Shown here piece by piece: positions 60,801 to 64,000 of a stretch of DNA of 64,000 nucleotides (the stretch's first letter is position 1; each line of letters opens with the position of its first letter). The notes beneath the pieces are model-generated. The model was not told where the DNA came from, did not search any database, and saw only the letters and a program-made list of their open reading frames with translations. The stretch comes from Pecten maximus (lineage: Eukaryota), in assembly GCF_902652985.1 (NCBI RefSeq), contig NW_022982794.1:1-64000 (forward strand), given 5' to 3'. The position numbers were made by a program, and so were the translations under genes.

Positions 60801-63800
60801 AACGTTTTTGTCTCTGCTTGCTTTGTCAAATCGCTTTCTTTTGTACCTTTTGCATTTCAATGAAACACTTTTTAAATGTCTGATTGTATTTGTTAATTAA
60901 GATTTCTAAATTCTGCACGCTTACCCAGCCAGAAAATGTAGACATGCCGACTACTTGGCCTACCTAAACAGTTTCTGTAAACTAACCTGGCTACCGTCGA
61001 ATTGTTGATACAGATGTATACAGAAAATATCAGTTACCGATCGTGTAACCTTTGCAACAGTGATAACAAAGCAGAAAATTGTGCAACAAACCATGAAGGT
61101 AGTGATTAACGTCAATGGGGTTTAAATACCTGTATTTAATCATTTAGTTGGTATCTTATCTTTTTTTCGTATTAGGTACTCTATCGTGGATATATGAATC
61201 TTGTGTGTATATCACATGTAACATATTCTGGGGTAACAACGAAACCTTACTTTGGTGCGATACACAAATGTTTTTGGTTATATTACATACCTGTATTGTA
61301 GGCGGATATATACCTGTGTATTGGGTAGAGTGGTAAGGGTATGAAAATGGAGGGGTCAAGAGCTGTAATGGGAATAAAGGACATCCTAGATTGGCAGAGG
61401 GTATGGAAAGGGAGAAAACTAGAGTTGAAGTGGGAATAAAGGGCACTCTAGAGTGGGAGAGAGCATGAAAAGGGAGGGGACAAGAGTTGTAGGTGGACAT
61501 AAATGTAACCCTAGAGGGATAGATTTATGCAAGGTTGTTCTTTTTAATTCAATTTGTGTGCTACTGGACAATATCCTGAACCTTTACCAACTGGTTATTG
61601 CGAAGAAGTGATTGAAAGATTTCAACACATCTGATCCAGGTCAAAGAAATTAATATCAACAAACTTGGTAGCCCTTCATCCCAGCATCCTACTGGACAAA
61701 TTCTATCAACTTTATTTTTTAGGTTACTGCGAAGAGTTTATAAAAATTATACGTATAACAAATTATATCCCTGTTAAAGTATGTCAAGGTCAAGGCCAAA
61801 TAGGTCAATGGCTTATTGAGTCTGTTTCACCTGTATTAACTTTTTATCTTTTCTGGAATCTGAAAGGTAAATTATATTTAGGTGAAAGTGTTGACTCTAA
61901 TATAACCATAATGAGAGTGTTTTACCATTACTTCTGATTATCCAGGTGAAAAATACAGGCTCTGTGGGCTTCTTTAAATTATTTACCGGTTCACTTGTTA
62001 TAGTAATTATATGATACTTACCTCAAAAATAGGATGATCTTGTATATGAATTTTTTAAACACTGGTGGTCGAGTATAAGTGATGATTCTAAAAGCCAGAG
62101 CTCTTAATTTTCTTTATACACAGGTAGAATTGAATTTAGTCAGTGATTCTATAAGCCAGAGTTATTGTCTTTATACACAGGTAGAATTTAATTCAGTCAG
62201 TGATTCTATATGAAGTGGACTCAAAGCGATCCTTAAACAGGTGGCCGTATGCATATCTTCTAACATGTCTGTGTTTAAGGGTGTAAACACTGGTGTTATG
62301 GAGACATGGTGGACTTTCCAGCGACGTACAACCTCAAAACAACCAATGGTTATTTGTTAAATATTCACATGACGCATCATGTGTCTTGGTGACACAGAAC
62401 TTTGATATACGCGTTGTATTTCAGTACTTGGAACCCTATGTAACACAATACTGCACTCATGTCAGCTTGATATAATATGGTAATCACATGATATCAGGCA
62501 TACAGAATAAAATAACATTGACTGGGCCACACAGAAGATTTGATTTGAAAAAGATTTAAATGGGTATTGGACGTCTTCCATTGATTACAAACAATATATA
62601 TTGATGTACATTTAGAGGATCTGTGAAGTGGTAGGGCCCCTGGGTATGGACGGAAGGGGACCGTTGAGTGGTAGGGGTATTGAAGAAGGGACTTTAAACA
62701 GGTAAGGGTATGGAAGGGGTGGGCTAAATAGAGTGGTAGAGGGTGTGTAGAGAGTGTGTACTGGGGACCCTCGAGGGGCAGAGGCATGGAAAGGGAGGGA
62801 ACTAGAGATGTAGGGGAAATAAAGGTATCCCTAGAGTTGTAAGGAGAATAAAGGACACATTAAATGTTAGGAGCATGGAAAGGACACACTAGACCGGTAG
62901 GGAATATGGAAAGACAAGGGACTGGAGTTGTAATGAGAATAAATGGCACCCTTAAGTTGTAGAGGGTAGTAAGAGGGAGGAGACTAGAGTTGTAAAAGAA
63001 TAGGGGGAATAAAAGGACACCCTAAAGCGGTAGAGGTTATTAAAAGGGAGAAAAAATAGAGTTGAAATGGGAATAAAGGGCATCCTAGAGTATTAGGGAG
63101 GATCAAATGTAGGGGACTAGCGTTATAGGGGGAATAAAGGTTACATTAGAGTGGTAGGGGTATGAAAAGGGAGGGGACTAAAGCTGTAATGGGAATAAAA
63201 GGTTTCCTAGAGTGGTTGAGAGTATGAAAAGGGAGGAGACTAGTGTTGTAGGGGGAATAAAGGTAACCCTAGAGTAGTAGAAGGATCATAATGCAGGGGG
63301 CTAGAGTAGTAGAGGGAATAAAGGTAACCCTAGAGGAGTAGATTTATGCAAGGTTGTTCTATTCAATACCATTGGTCTGCTACTGGACAATAGCCTGAAC
63401 CTTTACCAACTGGTTATTGCGAAGAAGTTATTAAAAGATTTAAACACATCTCATCCATGTGACCTTGAAATTAGATCAAAGACATTCATATTAACAGAAT
63501 TGGTAGCACTTCATTCCAGCATCCTACTAGACAAATTCTGTCAACTTGATTTGTTGGGTTATTGCGAAGAATTTATACAAATGATATGTATAACAAATTA
63601 TATCCATGTTAAAGTATGTCAAGGTCAAGGCCAAATAGGTCAATGGGTTATATGTATTGAGTCTTTTTCACCTGAATTAACTTTCTATTTTTTCTGGAAT
63701 CTGATAGGTAAATTATATTAAGGTGAAAGTGTTGACTCTAATATAACAATAATGAGAGTGTTTTACCATTACTTCTGATTATCCAGGTGAAAAATACAGG

Positions 63801-64000
63801 CTCTGTGGGCCTCTTTAAATTACTTACCGGTTCATTTGTTATAGTAATTATATGATACTTACCCCCAAACTATGTTGATCTTGTATATGAATTCTTTATA
63901 CACTGGTGGTCGAGTATAAGTGATGATTCTAAAAGCCAGAGCTCTTAATTTTCTTTATACACAGGTAAAATTGAATTCAGTCAGTGATTCTATAAACCAG

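Larger units (their letters stand above)
28150..64000. repeat. Composite ~7-kb macrosatellite / tandem segmental duplication with three unit types
   Basis: The anchor (g/t)tatgcaaggtt occurs at 29173, 36712, 40341, 47421, 54502, 61525 and 63344 (spacings 7539, across gap, 7080, 7081, 7023, 1819). The ORF track repeats at the same offsets. Confidence 0.97.

Overview
AT-rich, repeat-dense eukaryotic DNA, most likely a bivalve mollusc. That assignment is an inference from the Helentron-type non-autonomous elements carrying satellite arrays, the V-domain SINE and the DZIP3-type HEPN/STAND/ankyrin gene. Left part (1-24 kb): one apparently intact minus-strand gene, assembled by hand from six exons (23927-23756, 21281-20982, 20536-19928, 17696-17643, 16284-16201, 10631-8095), plus a possible 30-nt micro-exon at 14556-14527. 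All introns are GT-AG and phase 1, giving about 1251 aa. The predicted protein is signal peptide, short lumenal stub, TM, Ig domain, HEPN RNase (intact RxxxxxH), coiled coil, STAND NTPase and ankyrin repeats whose variation sits at ligand-contact positions. This reads as a membrane-tethered NLR/Avs-like sensor-RNase. One intron is almost entirely a tandem array of its own 5' splice site. Right part (24-64 kb): purine-rich degenerate minisatellite leading into a composite ~7-kb macrosatellite with at least three unit types. It contains nested 16- and 46-bp minisatellites, a decayed DIRS-order (tyrosine recombinase) retrotransposon, a SINE and a 500-N assembly gap. No rRNA, tRNA or CRISPR was found.
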